64,000 nucleotides of DNA from Octopus bimaculoides (Eukaryota), in contig NC_068983.1 in NCBI RefSeq assembly GCF_001194135.2, forward strand, positions 67,017,245-67,081,244, in the 5' to 3' direction. Both the position numbers and the translations under genes were made by a program. The stretch's first letter is position 1, and every line of letters starts with the position of its first letter. Below the pieces are notes generated by a model. That model was given only the letters and a program-made list of their open reading frames with translations. It did not search any database and was not told the origin of the DNA. This document shows positions 39,675 to 54,344 of the stretch, in pieces.

Positions 39675-40237
39675 ACCAAATCGAAATTGAACCAAATTTG
39701 ATGACTGGCACCCATGCCAACCTTCCCTCATTGGACACTAAACTTAGCTTGCGAAGATGTTGGGGCAAGTAAGATCGAAACTGAACCAAATTTGATGACT
39801 GGCACCTGTGCCAGTGGCGCACTAACAACACCATCTGAGCGGGATCACTGTCAGGGCAGCAGTCTCGCTCCCGTGCTGGTGGCACGTAAAAAGCACCATT
39901 TGAGCGCGATCGCTTCCAGCTTCGCCTTACTGGCACTTGTGCTGGTGGCATGTGAACAAAACATTGGCTGACTCCTGTGCAGGTGGCACATAAAAAACAT
40001 TGTTTGAGCATGGCCGTTGCCAGTACCGCCGAACTGGCCCTCATGCCGGTAGCATGTAAAAAGCACCCACTACCCTCTCGGAGTGGTTGGTGTTAGGAAG
40101 GGCATCCCGCTGTAGAAACTCTGCCAGATCAGATTGGAGTCTGGTGTAGCCATCCGCTTCACCAGTCCCCAGTCAAATCGTCCAACCTATGCTAGCATGG
40201 AAAGCGGACATTAAATGATGATGATGATGATGATGAT
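39675..40237 (+). mobile_element. Long RTE 3'UTR copy with several internal subrepeats and (GAT)n tail
   Basis: Duplicated tcgaaa.tgaaccaaatttgatgactggcacc block, repeated ggtggca.gt.aaaa units, aggaagggcatcc core, (gat)n end. Confidence 0.9.
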
Positions 40238-42334
40238 TATAAAAATGTGAAGCACTTTTTGTAAGTTTCTGCTGAAGAAACAAATAGACTGTATAGAATG
40301 AAAGTGACAAGGAATAATGACCATTAATATTCTGATGGATTTCACATTTCTATTCCACAGTGAAGTGTTTGTTAATAGCTGCTGCTATTATAGTGTTTAC
40401 CATGAGATAAATTGCTATCATATTTACAGTGCTGCTAATTCATAGTTGAAGAGCTGTAATAAAATATTATTTTTTATGTAAACTCATTATTTGCATCTGA
40501 CTGGAATACTTGATTATTTTTAGTTACAAGTGTTTACTGATGATAACTTGCAATTCTACAGAAACTTTTCAGAAATGGGGCACTGATAGAATCTTATTTA
40601 ATTTTTTGTGTGTTTTCTTCTTTGCTTTCTTTGTAATATTATTCAATGCAATCTATTTCTCATTTCTAGATACAATGTTTATCTTTTATCTAATCTTGTA
40701 GCATTTTATTTGTAGAGGAGTATAATTTTTTACTTCTGGTTTGTCTCAATCTGTTTTGTCTTTTGAACTATTTCCACTGCCACTTTCCATGTTAGAATGA
40801 ATAATATGGGACAACCAATTCTTTATTTGGTTGAATTATTGGAAGCAAATTTTATGAATGGTACTTATCTTAACATGAGCTACTGAACCATAAACTGGAT
40901 GGCAACTATTTTCAGTGAAGTAATTTAATGCAAATCTAAAAAGTTATACATGCAGAAACTTGGTTACAAAAACAGTTTATACTTCATATTATAGACAACC
41001 TACCAGTGAAACATTTAATACAACAAAAGTACTCTCCTGATTCTCCAGATATTAATGTTTCTAATTAACATACTATTATATGTTATTTATATACTGTGAT
41101 TTATGGAAAGATTAATGAGTAAGGCTAGGTGTTTTCTTACATGAATTGCTTACAGAGATACAAATTGTAAGAGATATCCAATTGAACTGACCATAGTATT
41201 CTATTCATGCATATTTTATTGATTTAGTAGAGATAAAAAGTGAAGTTGAACTCCACAGGATATATATATTCAGATTATAGATTGATAAAACTAAACACAA
41301 TGTACCTCATCACTGTTTACTCACTGAATATTGATAATTTTAACACAATATTCCTCTTGTCTTGTTTCCCCAACTTTTTCACTAGAGAACACCATTATAC
41401 CTAGTTAAGAATGAAAGTCCATAAAAACAGCAGTTTAGCAATATACTAACAAATTAGTCCTTCAAATCATCAATGTATGACTGCAGCAGATTTTCTAAAA
41501 TAACCTTATAAAGGTCAATCAATATACTATTTACCAATATCTTCCACTTCATTGAAAGATGCAATAATTCTAGAATAATCAATACATTGTAAAAGAAACA
41601 AGTTTTTCTGAAATCCTTATCAAATTTAGAATAAGTTTTAAATATGTTTAATTCATTTGAATAATAATCAGGAAATATTTTGAGGCAATATTTTGCCAGA
41701 ATTAGAGTAAATCTAAGCATTTAAAAAAATAAATTTTATTGCTGAATACATGATTTTTATTGGACTGTATATCATTGCTGTTATATTTTTGACTATGACT
41801 TTCTTTGCCTTATTATGATTAGTCAGCTGTATCTGATGTTAATCTGTCTCCCTTTACAAGGTTATCATTAAAAGAAATCCATATTCTGTTGTGATGCTTA
41901 ACTAATGAAAACTTAGTGTAGAAAATGAGTGAACAGAAGAACTGAGGTTGAAAGAGAGATATTTATATATTTGAGTATTTATAGATGAAGTGAAGTTTCA
42001 TGTAAACTGAAGAAAGATCGAGAGTTATTTATAGTGCAAATAACAAATGAAATAAAGCAAGTTTTGAAAACCGAAAGCAAAAATAATTTTATATTAAATG
42101 GAATATTTTGGTAATATGTTTATTTCAACTTAAAGTGTATTTTAGAGAAGTAATTAATTGTCAGTGAAAGGATGTACTCTAAAACACTGGAATCAAGAAA
42201 TTAGCTGGAGTTTTTTAAATACCATCCTAAAGTGAAAGTTGAAATGATGAGCAATTTCATTGCTGTTAGTCATCCATAGCCATCCATCTTCCTTTTATAC
42301 ACAGTTATCTAGAATCATTTTATTCAGTGTATTT

Positions 42335-42410
42335 ATCTTTTTTTAAGATAGTAAGGTCTGATTTGAAGGAGATTGCGCTGCTACTTTTAGCAAGCAGAAT
42401 AAATGCATAG
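42335..42410 (-). mobile_element. Fragment of the repeat at 2578-2752
   Basis: Diverged reverse-complement similarity to 2578-2625. Confidence 0.4.
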
Positions 42411-42589
42411 AGGCTCCTCATCTGATATTTTACTATTTTGGACATTTATATATTTGAAGAATCTTCATCATTATCCACCACCAATCATCACTATGACAAC
42501 TATCAGCATCATCATCATTTAAAGATCTTCATTTTCATGCTGCCACCACAAGCTAGATAAATTTACAATATAATTTTAAATGTTGCTGT

Positions 42590-42712
42590 TATATGTGTCT
42601 CAGATTTTATCTCATATTCAGTGACCAATCATTTAGGAAGGTCCCCGGAAAAGTTCGTTGAGAGAATTTTGGTGTTGCCTTGGTGGAGGTTTGTGCTCTC
42701 TGAGTGCTCTTA
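42590..42712 (+). mobile_element. 3' end of a non-autonomous DNA element (possibly Helentron/DINE-like)
   Basis: ccttggtggaggtttgtgctctctgagtgct terminus resembles a recalled end motif of such elements; this is recall, not an alignment. Confidence 0.35.
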
Positions 42713-43409
42713 TTATCATCATCATATAGCTATTGCTTCCTTACACATTTGTCTATTTTGGTATTCATTGTGAGACTGTAGAAATTCCATACTACAATTG
42801 CATTGAACAATTAATTATCCAACTGTATACATATCTCACAGGAATTGTAAAAATGAATGTGGATTGTAGATAATAATTAATGATAATTCCATAACAGTAG
42901 TTCTTGGATTCATTAGAGAGTTATTACTTTTGTCATTAGTTATGTTTCAATATTGAATACAAGAAAATCAATTGAGATTCACTAATAAAGAGAAAGAAAA
43001 TAAATTCTCAGCACAAGTTATGTAAAAATTATGGTGGAATCTACTTACACAGAAGGTCATATGAAGAAATATGTCTTAGAAATTTGATCAATGATAGTGG
43101 CTAATTCTCAGGAAGATATTAGGTATGCATAAAATACAAGGTACTGACACAACATTGTCAGTACAATTTAAAAGTGTTAGGATAGGCTGTGGCAGTCCAC
43201 TAGTGGATATACACTTCTTCATGCCAAAAAGGTTTTTGTCACATCACAGACTCATTTAAGGTTGGTGTACCAACTTGAAACAATATGAGCTCTCTGGCAG
43301 TTTTCCTAGTCATTTTTGCATGCTGAATAAACTAGAACAGTGTGCAGCAAAGTAGTACAACAGGATATACAGATATACATAGATACTGGCAATATAGAAA
43401 CATAGAAGC

Positions 43410-43442
<33 letters not shown>

Positions 43443-43792
43443 TGTACAAGTGTGTGTGTGTACACACATGCACACAGTCTATGTATATAAAACTGAGTAT
43501 GTGTATCTGTATGTGTGCATCACTAAAACTCGAAAACTACCCAACCGATTTCATTCACATTTTACACATACCTCACTTACAGTCCATGCAGTATCATGGG
43601 CCAAAAGATTTTCGACTTCTTGCCTAATACGAGCACGGAGCAATCTCTTATTTCTTATACTATTTTAGTATTACAGATCAAAAGTGATACAATAACATCT
43701 CTATTGTGATGAGATACTTTCAGTTTTAATACTTCCAATATTAATACTGAAACTTTTATCTCACTTACATACATATATATTTATATTTATTA

Positions 43793-43848
<56 letters not shown>

Positions 43849-44636
43849 NNNNNNNNNNNNNNNNNNNNNNNNNNNNNNNNNNNNNNNNNNNNNNNNNNNN
43901 NNNNNNNNNNNNNNNNNNNNNNNNNNNNNNNNNNNNNNNNNNNNNNNNNNNNNNNNNNNNNNNNNNNNNNNNNNNNNNNNNNNNNNNNNNNNNNNNNNNN
44001 NNNNNNNNNNNNNNNNNNNNNNNNNNNNNNNNNNNNNNNNNNNNNNNNNNNNNNNNNNNNNNNNNNNNNNNNNNNNNNNNNNNNNNNNNNNNNNNNNNNN
44101 NNNNNNNNNNNNNNNNNNNNNNNNNNNNNNNNNNNNNNNNNNNNNNNNNNNNNNNNNNNNNNNNNNNNNNNNNNNNNNNNNNNNNNNNNNNNNNNNNNNN
44201 NNNNNNNNNNNNNNNNNNNNNNNNNNNNNNNNNNNNNNNNNNNNNNNNNNNNNNNNNNNNNNNNNNNNNNNNNNNNNNNNNNNNNNNNNNNNNNNNNNNN
44301 NNNNNNNNNNNNNNNNNNNNNNNNNNNNNNNNNNNNNNNNNNNNNNNNNNNNNNNNNNNNNNNNNNNNNNNNNNNNNNNNNNNNNNNNNNNNNNNNNNNN
44401 NNNNNNNNNNNNNNNNNNNNNNNNNNNNNNNNNNNNNNNNNNNNNNNNNNNNNNNNNNNNNNNNNNNNNNNNNNNNNNNNNNNNNNNNNNNNNNNNNNNN
44501 NNNNNNNNNNNNNNNNNNNNNNNNNNNNNNNNNNNNNNNNNNNNNNNNNNNNNNNNNNNNNNNNNNNNNNNNNNNNNNNNNNNNNNNNNNNNNNNNNNNN
44601 NNNNNNNNNNNNNNNNNNNNNNNNNNTATATACATG

Positions 44637-44952
44637 TATCATCATCATCATCATCATCATTATCATCGTTTAACGTCCGCTTTCCATGCTAGCATGGGTT
44701 GGACGATTTGACTGAGGACTGGTGAACTAGATGGCTACACCAAGCTCCAATCTGATTTGGCAGAGTTTCTACAGCTGGATGCCCTTCCTAATGCCAACCA
44801 CTCCGAGAGTGTAGTGGGTGCTTTTACGTGCCACCGGCATGAAGGCCAGTCAGGCGGTACTGGCAACGGCCACGCTCGAAGTGGTGTATTTTACATGCCA
44901 TTTGCACAGGAGCCAGTCTAGCGGCACTGGCAACGATCTCACTCGAATGTCT
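44637..44952 (-). mobile_element. RTE 3'UTR/tail copy inside a (TA)n tract
   Basis: (cat)n, ccatgctagcatgg, ggatgcccttcct core, two subrepeats. TA runs on both sides. Confidence 0.93.
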
Positions 44953-44960
44953 TGTATATA

Positions 44961-44992
<32 letters not shown>

Positions 44993-45040
44993 GGGATACA
45001 TATATATATATATGTATATATATATGTATGTATGTACATA

Positions 45041-45071
<31 letters not shown>

Positions 45072-45084
45072 TTGTGTGCGCATT

Positions 45085-45275
45085 TGTACCCCCACCATCA
45101 CTTGACAACTGATGTTTCTGTGTTTCAGTTCTCGTAACCTAGGCATTTAGCAAAACACAGTGATAGATTAAGTACTACACTCACAAAGAATAAATCCTGT
45201 TGTCGATTTTTTGACTGAAGGTTGTGCTTCAGCATAGCCGCAGTCACATGACCGAAATAAGTAAAACAATAAAAA
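45085..45275 (+). mobile_element. Degenerate SINE-like repeat abutting (TG)n
   Basis: Reverse complement of the younger copy at 60655-60870. Confidence 0.8.
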
Positions 45276-45319
45276 ACTATGCCATTTTAATCTTGAGCAA
45301 TGCCGGGTATCTCTGCTTG

Positions 45320-45512
45320 TGTTATAATAAAAACCACAAGTCTTGTTAATTATTGCTGCCCAGGGTTTTGTGGCCAAAACATATCTTTTGATATTTTTCA
45401 AACTGAGAACAAAACCATCTTGTTTTCAGCTTGTAAAATGATGCAGTAAATGTTTCAGCCATGAAATCCTGGGTAGTTGTAATTAACAAGACTTGTGGTG
45501 TTTATTATAACA
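45320..45512. repeat. About 193-bp imperfect palindrome (MITE/foldback-like)
   Basis: tgttataataaa.accacaagtcttgttaatta left arm mirrored at 45450-45512. Inner arms also pair around aaccatc. Confidence 0.9.
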
Positions 45513-45980
45513 TTNNNNNNNNNNNNNNNNNNNNNNNNNNNNNNNNNNNNNNNNNNNNNNNNNNNNNNNNNNNNNNNNNNNNNNNNNNNNNNNNNNNNNN
45601 NNNNNNNNNNNNNNNNNNNNNNNNNNNNNNNNNNNNNNNNNNNNNNNNNNNNNNNNNNNNNNNNNNNNNNNNNNNNNNNNNNNNNNNNNNNNNNNNNNNN
45701 NNNNNNNNNNNNNNNNNNNNNNNNNNNNNNNNNNNNNNNNNNNNNNNNNNNNNNNNNNNNNNNNNNNNNNNNNNNNNNNNNNNNNNNNNNNNNNNNNNNN
45801 NNNNNNNNNNNNNNNNNNNNNTAGTTATACATAAACACATCGATACAATTATATGCACATTCATGTATATGTATATATATTCACACTTATAAGCATATAT
45901 ACAAATGCACACTCACATATATACAGTTTCACTTAAGTCCACATGCAATCATGTATAGGCTACCAAAAGCATATTTACTG

Positions 45981-46024
<44 letters not shown>

Positions 46025-47620
46025 ATACTTAAACATACATAATTATACTCATCTAAATCTATAAATATTTTGCTATGTTGTAATTGCAATCGTTTGTAAC
46101 TCAACAGCATGAATAAACCATATATTATAGACAATTTGTAAAGCTATAAATGATACAGATATGTGAAAGAAGCATGATAAAATAATATGGTATAATATTA
46201 GTACTAAACAATACGATATTATACAATGTACCAGAGAATATCAAAGTTTCATTGAATACCTAGAAATAATATAATATTGTTTAGTAACTGTTGACATAGA
46301 ATCAGTCAGATAAATTAGAATAATTGATTACTTGAGGTAGAACAAATGATTAAATCATCATTTGTGTGATAGATTGAGTGAATGTTGCAATATTAGTTAG
46401 AGCAATCAGAAATTATTGGATGTAAATTGTATTTAAAATTATGTTATTTGTGGCAATATTATTTGCTAGTAGATTTTATATAGTCATCTGCACTTGCACT
46501 AATAAATATGTATACATTGGGCCACCATAGTAATGTAACATACTTACAGTATGGATTAGAAGAGTAACCAATTAAATTAGTAATGAACAAAAGCTGAAAT
46601 AGTGTCAATTGGGAGTTACTGCTTGTTAACCTAGTTTAATTTTATATTACTGTATAAGTTGACTTTATGTCATTTGCACATGCATATGTCTACATTTATA
46701 TGGCTTCAATTAAATTCATATAATTCATATCAACACCATCTTATACCATTGTGTCATTATTATAAGTTCTTAGTATTGTGTAAGTAAATTTATATTTTTA
46801 TTGAATTACAATTCTATTTATTTATTTTCATTTAGTAGGTTTTGATCTTAAAATCTCCAGTTTTTCACGTATATATAAATAACAGTCTCTCTTAGTTTAA
46901 GTATAGTTTGGCATAATTTATAATACCCAATTCCCTCATACAATTTATGCTTTTAGGGTTAGAGTATGAGTAACAGTGCCTATAAAACAGATTCTTAACA
47001 AAATATATTTTGTAGACTCTATGTAATATTTGCATGCATTTTGTTCTTATGGAGGCATTTCTAAACAACAGTTTTATGCAAACAGCTGCAGTTTAATGAA
47101 AAATTATCAACGACCCTACTGCTCTATTCACATTTATCTTTCTCATTGCAATGTATATGGTTTACTAGGTTATGTAATTCCCAGCTCTCTGAATGTTCAC
47201 ATATACAGAACACTTAGTTTTTTCAGTTTTGCATTTTTCTTTCATTTATATGATAGTGTTGTAGACAACACTGTAAACCAATAGTTAGAATTATTTTATT
47301 ACATTCTGTTAAATATTTTTGAGACTGAATAATAACATTTCACATGTCAAGAAAGTTGATTTCTATGTAAATGAAAAACAAATATATCAAATCAACTTCA
47401 AATTCGATAGGGTTAAAAAGAAATTGCAGAATAATTTAATATGAATGAAGTAACTGTTGGAAAAATTAAAAGAAATGAAGAAAAATTCAGAGCTGGTATG
47501 ATTGCTGAATACTGAATAACTTCATACACTTTAACATGAAAGCAATAGAAATTATTTTGGATAGAACATAAAATCCAATATAACAGCAATACTCATATAT
47601 ATCTATATATACACATGCAT

Positions 47621-47735
47621 ATGTGAAAGCATGAGACCTAATAGCTAGGCTATTAGGCTGATAAGCCTAAGGTCATGGGGTTCAATTCCTGAACCAGGAG
47701 GCATGTTGTGTCTTTGAATAAGACATTATTTCATG
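47621..47735 (+). mobile_element. tRNA-derived SINE head (12340 family)
   Basis: B-box ggttcaattcc at 47679, then tgtgtctttgaataagaca. Confidence 0.65.
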
Positions 47736-48704
47736 CTTCACTGAAAGTAGATACCAGCTTACTGCTGGTACATCTTGGTGCATCGTCTTTTCCTTTACCC
47801 TTCACATCCTCGGTGTTCTGCTGAATTAAGAGTGAAAAGGCTGAGCAAGTGTTTATGTCTACTCACAGGGAGCAATCATATATGTGGTGTGGGAGACTAG
47901 TCATTGAATATATAAGGAATACCTTCCTCATCATTAATGCTAGAACTGCTAGCCTTATTAAAAACTGGTTATTCTTCTGATTATATTCACTGAAGAAAAC
48001 TTTTGCTCAAAATCATAGTGATATCTGTCTCAAACATAAATTTACTGTGCAAGAATCTGCTATAAATGATATAGCTGAAAACATTAACACTACTGGAGAA
48101 AAACTAAAGCAGAACCACAAGAATCTTTTTAGTTCTAGCTGTAAGAGGAATCTTGATTATAGAATCCTCTTTTTGTGGTATTATAAACTGCATAAGAATC
48201 TACTCAGTTCCTTTAAAATAACAAAAGAAAATTACTTTATGTTTATTTGAAAGGGATAAAGTCATACTGGAATAAAATTTATCCAAAGCTAAAATATTTT
48301 ATGACAAAACAGTTATACCAACAAACAATATTTGTTTAACTCAAATGAATAGTTGATTCTGATAATTATTTATTTTTAAAACCTGATGAGTGTACACTTT
48401 TGTGAAAATGTACATACTGTATAAATATAATATCAAGTGGACATTGTCCTAAATCATGCAACCCTATAATAAATGAAAACCCTGCTACTATTATGATAGT
48501 AGCAGGCTCATTGCTCTACTACTACCATACCATCATGTATCCAAGTTGATTAAAATGTTGTAAGGTAACCTAACAACAACTACAACATTAAAAATATTCT
48601 ATGAGCTGGCATACTGAAAAGTATAAACACTAGAAGTGTATTTGTAATGAAATTTATCAAGCATAAACTATCAGTTATAATGATCTATGATTGAGAAAAA
48701 TTAT

Positions 48705-49698
48705 GCACACTGGACTGGCTCATGTGCGGGCGACACATGAAGTCTTTCGAGCGGGATCGTTGCCAGTGCCCCTGGATTGGCTCATGTGCGGGCGACACAG
48801 GAAATCTTCCAAGCGGGATCGTTGCCGGTGCCCCTGGGCTGGCTCTTGTGCGGGTGACACATGAGGTTTTTCGAGCGAGATCATTGCCAGTGCCCCTGCC
48901 CTGGACTGGCTCTTGTGCTGGTGACACATGAAATTTCTTCGAGCGAGATTGTTGCCGGTGCCCCTGAGCTGGCTCTTGTGTGGGGTTGTTGTGGGATTTT
49001 CNNNNNNNNNNNNNNNNNNNNNNNNNNNNNNNNNNNNNNNNNNNNNNNNNNNNNNNNNNNNNNNNNNNNNNNNNNNNNNNNNNNNNNNNNNNNNNNNNNN
49101 NNNNNNNNNNNNNNNNNNNNNNNNNNNNNNNNNNNNNNNNNNNNNNNNNNNNNNNNNNNNNNNNNNNNNNNNNNNNNNNNNNNNNNNNNNNNNNNNNNNN
49201 NNNNNNNNNNNNNNNNNNNNNNNNNNNNNNNNNNNNNNNNNNNNNNNNNNNNNNNNNNNNNNNNNNNNNNNNNNNNNNNNNNNNNNNNNNNNNNNNNNNN
49301 NNNNNNNNNNNNNNNNNNNNTGGCTCATGTGCGGGCGACACAGGAAATCTTCCAAGCGGGATCGTTGCCGGTGCCCCTGGGCTGGCTCTTGTGCGGGTGA
49401 CACATGAGGTTTTTCGAGCGAGATCATTGCCAGTGCCCCTGCCCTGGACTGGCTCTTGTGCGGGTGGCACATAAAAGACACCATTTCGAGCGTGGCTGTT
49501 TTCGTGCAGGTGACACGTAAAAGCACCCACTACACTCTCTGAGTGGTTGGCGTTAGGAAGGGCATCCAGCTGTAGAAACTCTGCCAAATTGGATTGGAGC
49601 CTGGTGTTGCCATCTGGTTTCACCAGTCTTCAATCAAATCGTCCAACCCATGCTAGCATGGAAAGCGGACGTTAAATGACGATGATGATGATGATGAC
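48705..49698 (+). mobile_element. Young RTE 3'UTR copy with an expanded tandem array of about 61-66-bp units
   Basis: actggctc.tgtgcggg.gacaca.ga...ttcgagcg.gatcgttgcc.gtgcccctgg repeats on both sides of a gap. CpG-rich. Normal tail with (gat)n. Confidence 0.93.
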
Positions 49699-51159
49699 TA
49701 GTGGAAGTCAGTTACCCAGTATGTCAACATAATGTTAAAGATTAGTGAAAAAGAGGTATCTACACTAAATTGATGAGAAAGTTTTCAGGTACACAATCTG
49801 GACTTTAGATTTCAACCAATAATTATTTGCTACTTGGCTAACTGCCTGAGTACTAATCTTGTGAATTTGGGTTTCACAAAACCATAAAAACATGCTTAAT
49901 CAAAAAATCACAGCTAATGGTTATTAAAGGTATTACCAGGACATGTAAAACTTTTGAGAAATTTAGCATGTAATAAGACTGACATGTGCAATGACATCTA
50001 TGCCAGAGGATATTTCCACTTTAAAAACTGAAGAATACTGGCTGAACATTTTGATAAAAACAGCAACCAAGTGTAAGCACAATAGTCTGGATATTTCAGT
50101 ATGGGACAGAGAGCAAACTGATTTACATCCTCTACTCTGAAGACAGAGGCCAGATTTACAGTAATGTTTATATGCATCCACTACAAGTTGTATATTCTTG
50201 ACTTTTTTTCCACATTCTATCTGCCAACATTACAACTATTATTTAGTTTTTCATCTCTTTTGTACTCTATGTAAATCTGTTCTGTAAATATATAAACAAT
50301 CTGTATGTTTATATACGAACATTCATTTTCTGAATATTTTCAGTTTTTGTTATTCTCACAATATATATATCCCTATATATATTTACATGTGTATGTGTGT
50401 TATATATCAAGCCCAAGCATGTTTATTTGCATCTCTCTCTCCCTGTTTATACACACAAACACACACATTTGTGTGCACATGCATATGTGTACATATTCAG
50501 TATAATTTAGGGTAAGTTTTCTAAGACATTTGAAAACATTCACCAAACAAATGTGCTGAATATATCTAATTATCAATACAATACTTCAGCTGTGTAAGAA
50601 CAAATCAAACTTAAAAATATGAAGCAAAAGGATAAAAAAAAGAATTAAACAAAAGTTTCAACTGATGGAACATTGAGAAAAAGAAAATAAATAAACTTTA
50701 AATTCTTTACAAAAGCACTACAAGAATTTGTGCTTATTGATTGACTTCATTAATTTGCTTCACTTTGTTCTGTTGTTTTCTGTTAAATCTTTTTTGTTGT
50801 TATTCCAACAACAAATTGTCCATCCTCATCCTCATCTCCTTTGCATTCTTGGTAATAGCATTTTCGATAATTAAAAATATTTAAAAATAACTGTTACCTG
50901 TATTTTTAGTAATGGATGAAAATATTAGTTATAGTGTAATGCTTTCATAATTTGGTGGTCTTGAGCTTTTGCAGAAATAATTAATTTTCTGACTCAACAT
51001 GGACATGCTTAATTAATTGAATTTGACATCTGACATTTGTAATCCTCTTTTTTTATTTTCTTCTCATTCTGTAAATCATTTTGTGTATGGTAAGTATTAT
51101 ATAAAGACTTACACACCCTAATATAAAGATAATGTACTATATATATGTGAAGATTATAT

Positions 51160-51410
51160 CATCATCATCATCATCGTTTAATGTCCGCTTTCCATGCTAG
51201 CATGGGTTGGACGATTTGACTGAGGACTGGTGAAACCGGATGGCTACACCAGGCTCCAATCTGATTTGGCAGAGTTTCTACAGCTGGATGCCCTTCCTAA
51301 CACCAACCACTCTGAGAGTATAGTGGGTGCTTTTATGTGCCACCCGCACAAAGGCCAGTCAGGTGGTACTGGCAATGGCCACACTCAAATGGTGTATTTT
51401 ATGTGCCATA
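51160..51410 (-). mobile_element. RTE 3'UTR/tail copy
   Basis: Same motif set as 44637-44952. Confidence 0.92.
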
Positions 51411-51459
51411 GCATTAACCACTACACACATTTTTTTTCTCTCCTTGTTTCTTTCTGTGT

Positions 51460-51500
51460 TCCTTTCTGTGGAAGAGCGTAGGCTCGAAACGTTAAAGACT
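51460..51500 (+). ncRNA. Degenerate minimal hammerhead-ribozyme-like motif in a probable Penelope terminal repeat
   Basis: cttt-CTGTGGA-a-GAGC-gtag-GCTC-GAAA-CGTT-aaag: helix II and GAAA intact, 4-bp helix I (cttt/aaag), palindromic ACGT helix III. Core differs from CTGATGA. Confidence 0.5.
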
Positions 51501-52104
51501 TTTTCAATTCCTGAGTGGCATACTAATACATCTGTTTGTTTTCTACACCACCTGTCTTCGTCTTTTGTTTTTCTTTTTGTGATTTCTCCCNNNNNNNNNN
51601 NNNNNNNNNNNNNNNNNNNNNNNNNNNNNNNNNNNNNNNNNNNNNNNNNNNNNNNNNNNNNNNNNNNNNNNNNNNNNNNNNNNNNNNNNNNNNNNNNNNN
51701 NNNNNNNNNNNNNNNNNNNNNNNNNNNNNNNCTGTATATTTATGATTATAAATGGTTTTACCGATAAAGGTTTTTTCATACTGAGCTACTCGGCAAAATT
51801 GTTAGTTATTAATTTTATTACTAATTGACGATTCCCTGCCCTATATATATATATATATATATAAATTATATATATATATATATATATAAATTATATATAT
51901 ATATATATAATGTACTATATATACGTACTTAAACATAAATATATCATAAATATATATATATATAAATGTATCAAAATAAATATATAAATGATGGATTACA
52001 TATATATATGGGTGTGTGTAAAGGTAAGATCAAAGGATCAAGGTGTAGAAAGTTTGTAAGCTTTGAACAGTTCGTAGAAGGTAAAAAAAAAAAAGAAACT
52101 TTCA

Positions 52105-52310
52105 GGAATAATAGTTGTTTGTGCCTACAAATAATTAATATCAACTTCCTAGATATTACCCTCGACCTGGAATCAAGTATCTATAAGCCATACAAGTAAA
52201 ATAACGAAAAACATTCAGTGTATACATAAACAATCCAACCACCCCTAAAGCAATATCAAAAAATACACATACGTGCATCAATATGCACTTATATAAGTTT
52301 CAAATTTAAG
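52105..52310 (+). mobile_element. Penelope-like RT fragment
   Basis: ININFLDITLDLESSIYKPYK*NNENIQCIHKQSNHP. Confidence 0.85.
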
Positions 52311-52766
52311 CAATAAACTACTAACTTACCTAGAACTACTATGTTCCTCTACTGACCAAAAACTTTATCTTCCACCTACCTCTCCTCTCCCCACTTCTAA
52401 CAAGTGCTTACTACCACTCCTTTTCTTTGACTCTGTTTGAATGTATTTACAGGGTGCCATAATTTATTTACTTATTCATTCTACAGTAGACCCAGTAAAT
52501 GACCTCAGCCTAAATTCACAAAAACATTCCCCTATCCAGCTTCAATAATACCAATTTTTTTCCCCTGCTCTTCTCCCTCTCTTTTTCTCTTTTCATATTC
52601 TTATTCTTTTCCTTAACAATTTTAGACTTTCACCCACTCCCACATATTTCTTCACAAATTGATTTCCCTTTTGTTCACTCTGTGCTGTCCATGCATTTCT
52701 GATCAAAACTCCTGTGAGTTAACATGGATCCCTTGACAATGTAACCTTCATTTGACAAAGGTATCT

Positions 52767-53813
<1,047 letters not shown>

Positions 53814-54344
53814 AATATATAGAAATAACCCTAACAAATTATTTAATAGCACTGCTAACATAGTAGGACACAGTATTGAATTATAAAGCATTTAATATAC
53901 TTTGTATAACATTGTATAATGAACTACTGTGTCCCTACAAGTAACTCATATGTACATACCAGCTGTCAGGAATGTGTTTGATATGTAAAATTGGTATATA
54001 TGGTGTTACACTGCTATATATAGTAGCTATTTAAGCAATGTGTTCATTGATGGTTAATGGGTTGGATGTGATCCTGAAGGAGCAAGAACTTGTGAGATAT
54101 ACATCTACATCCATATCATACTTTCCCATCTTCACCTGTTTACATTAAGTGTATTTGAATACAAGACGTAACAAATCAGTGCTGGCTATAATTTCTATAG
54201 AAGATCTGTAGAGATAACCTTAAAAAAATGATTTAATAACACCGCTAACACAGTAGAGCACAGTATTGATTTATAAAGCATTTAATATATACTTTGAGGT
54301 ATATTATGGCTGCACAACAAAATATGGTGTGCCTCCAAGTAAGT

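Noticed and set aside
41454-41720. 88-codon minus-strand ORF
   Set aside because: Composition mirrors the AT-rich background and no motif is recognisable; only the small internal exon candidate was retained.
43141-43210. Small palindromes gtactgaca-N6-tgtcagtac and tccactagtgga
   Set aside because: Too short to exceed chance in 64 kb.
48374-48400. ctgatga...gaaa hammerhead-like spacing
   Set aside because: No pairable helix II or helix I/III.
48705-49480. Regularly spaced repeats suggestive of a CRISPR array
   Set aside because: Head-to-tail units without unique spacers, eukaryotic context, no cas genes.
48685-49623. ORFs with repeated PAQEPVQG / MKPDGNTRLQSNLAEFLQLDALPNANH (also at 51230, 56285, 58736)
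   Set aside because: Antisense or off-frame translations of the RTE 3'UTR repeat, not genes.
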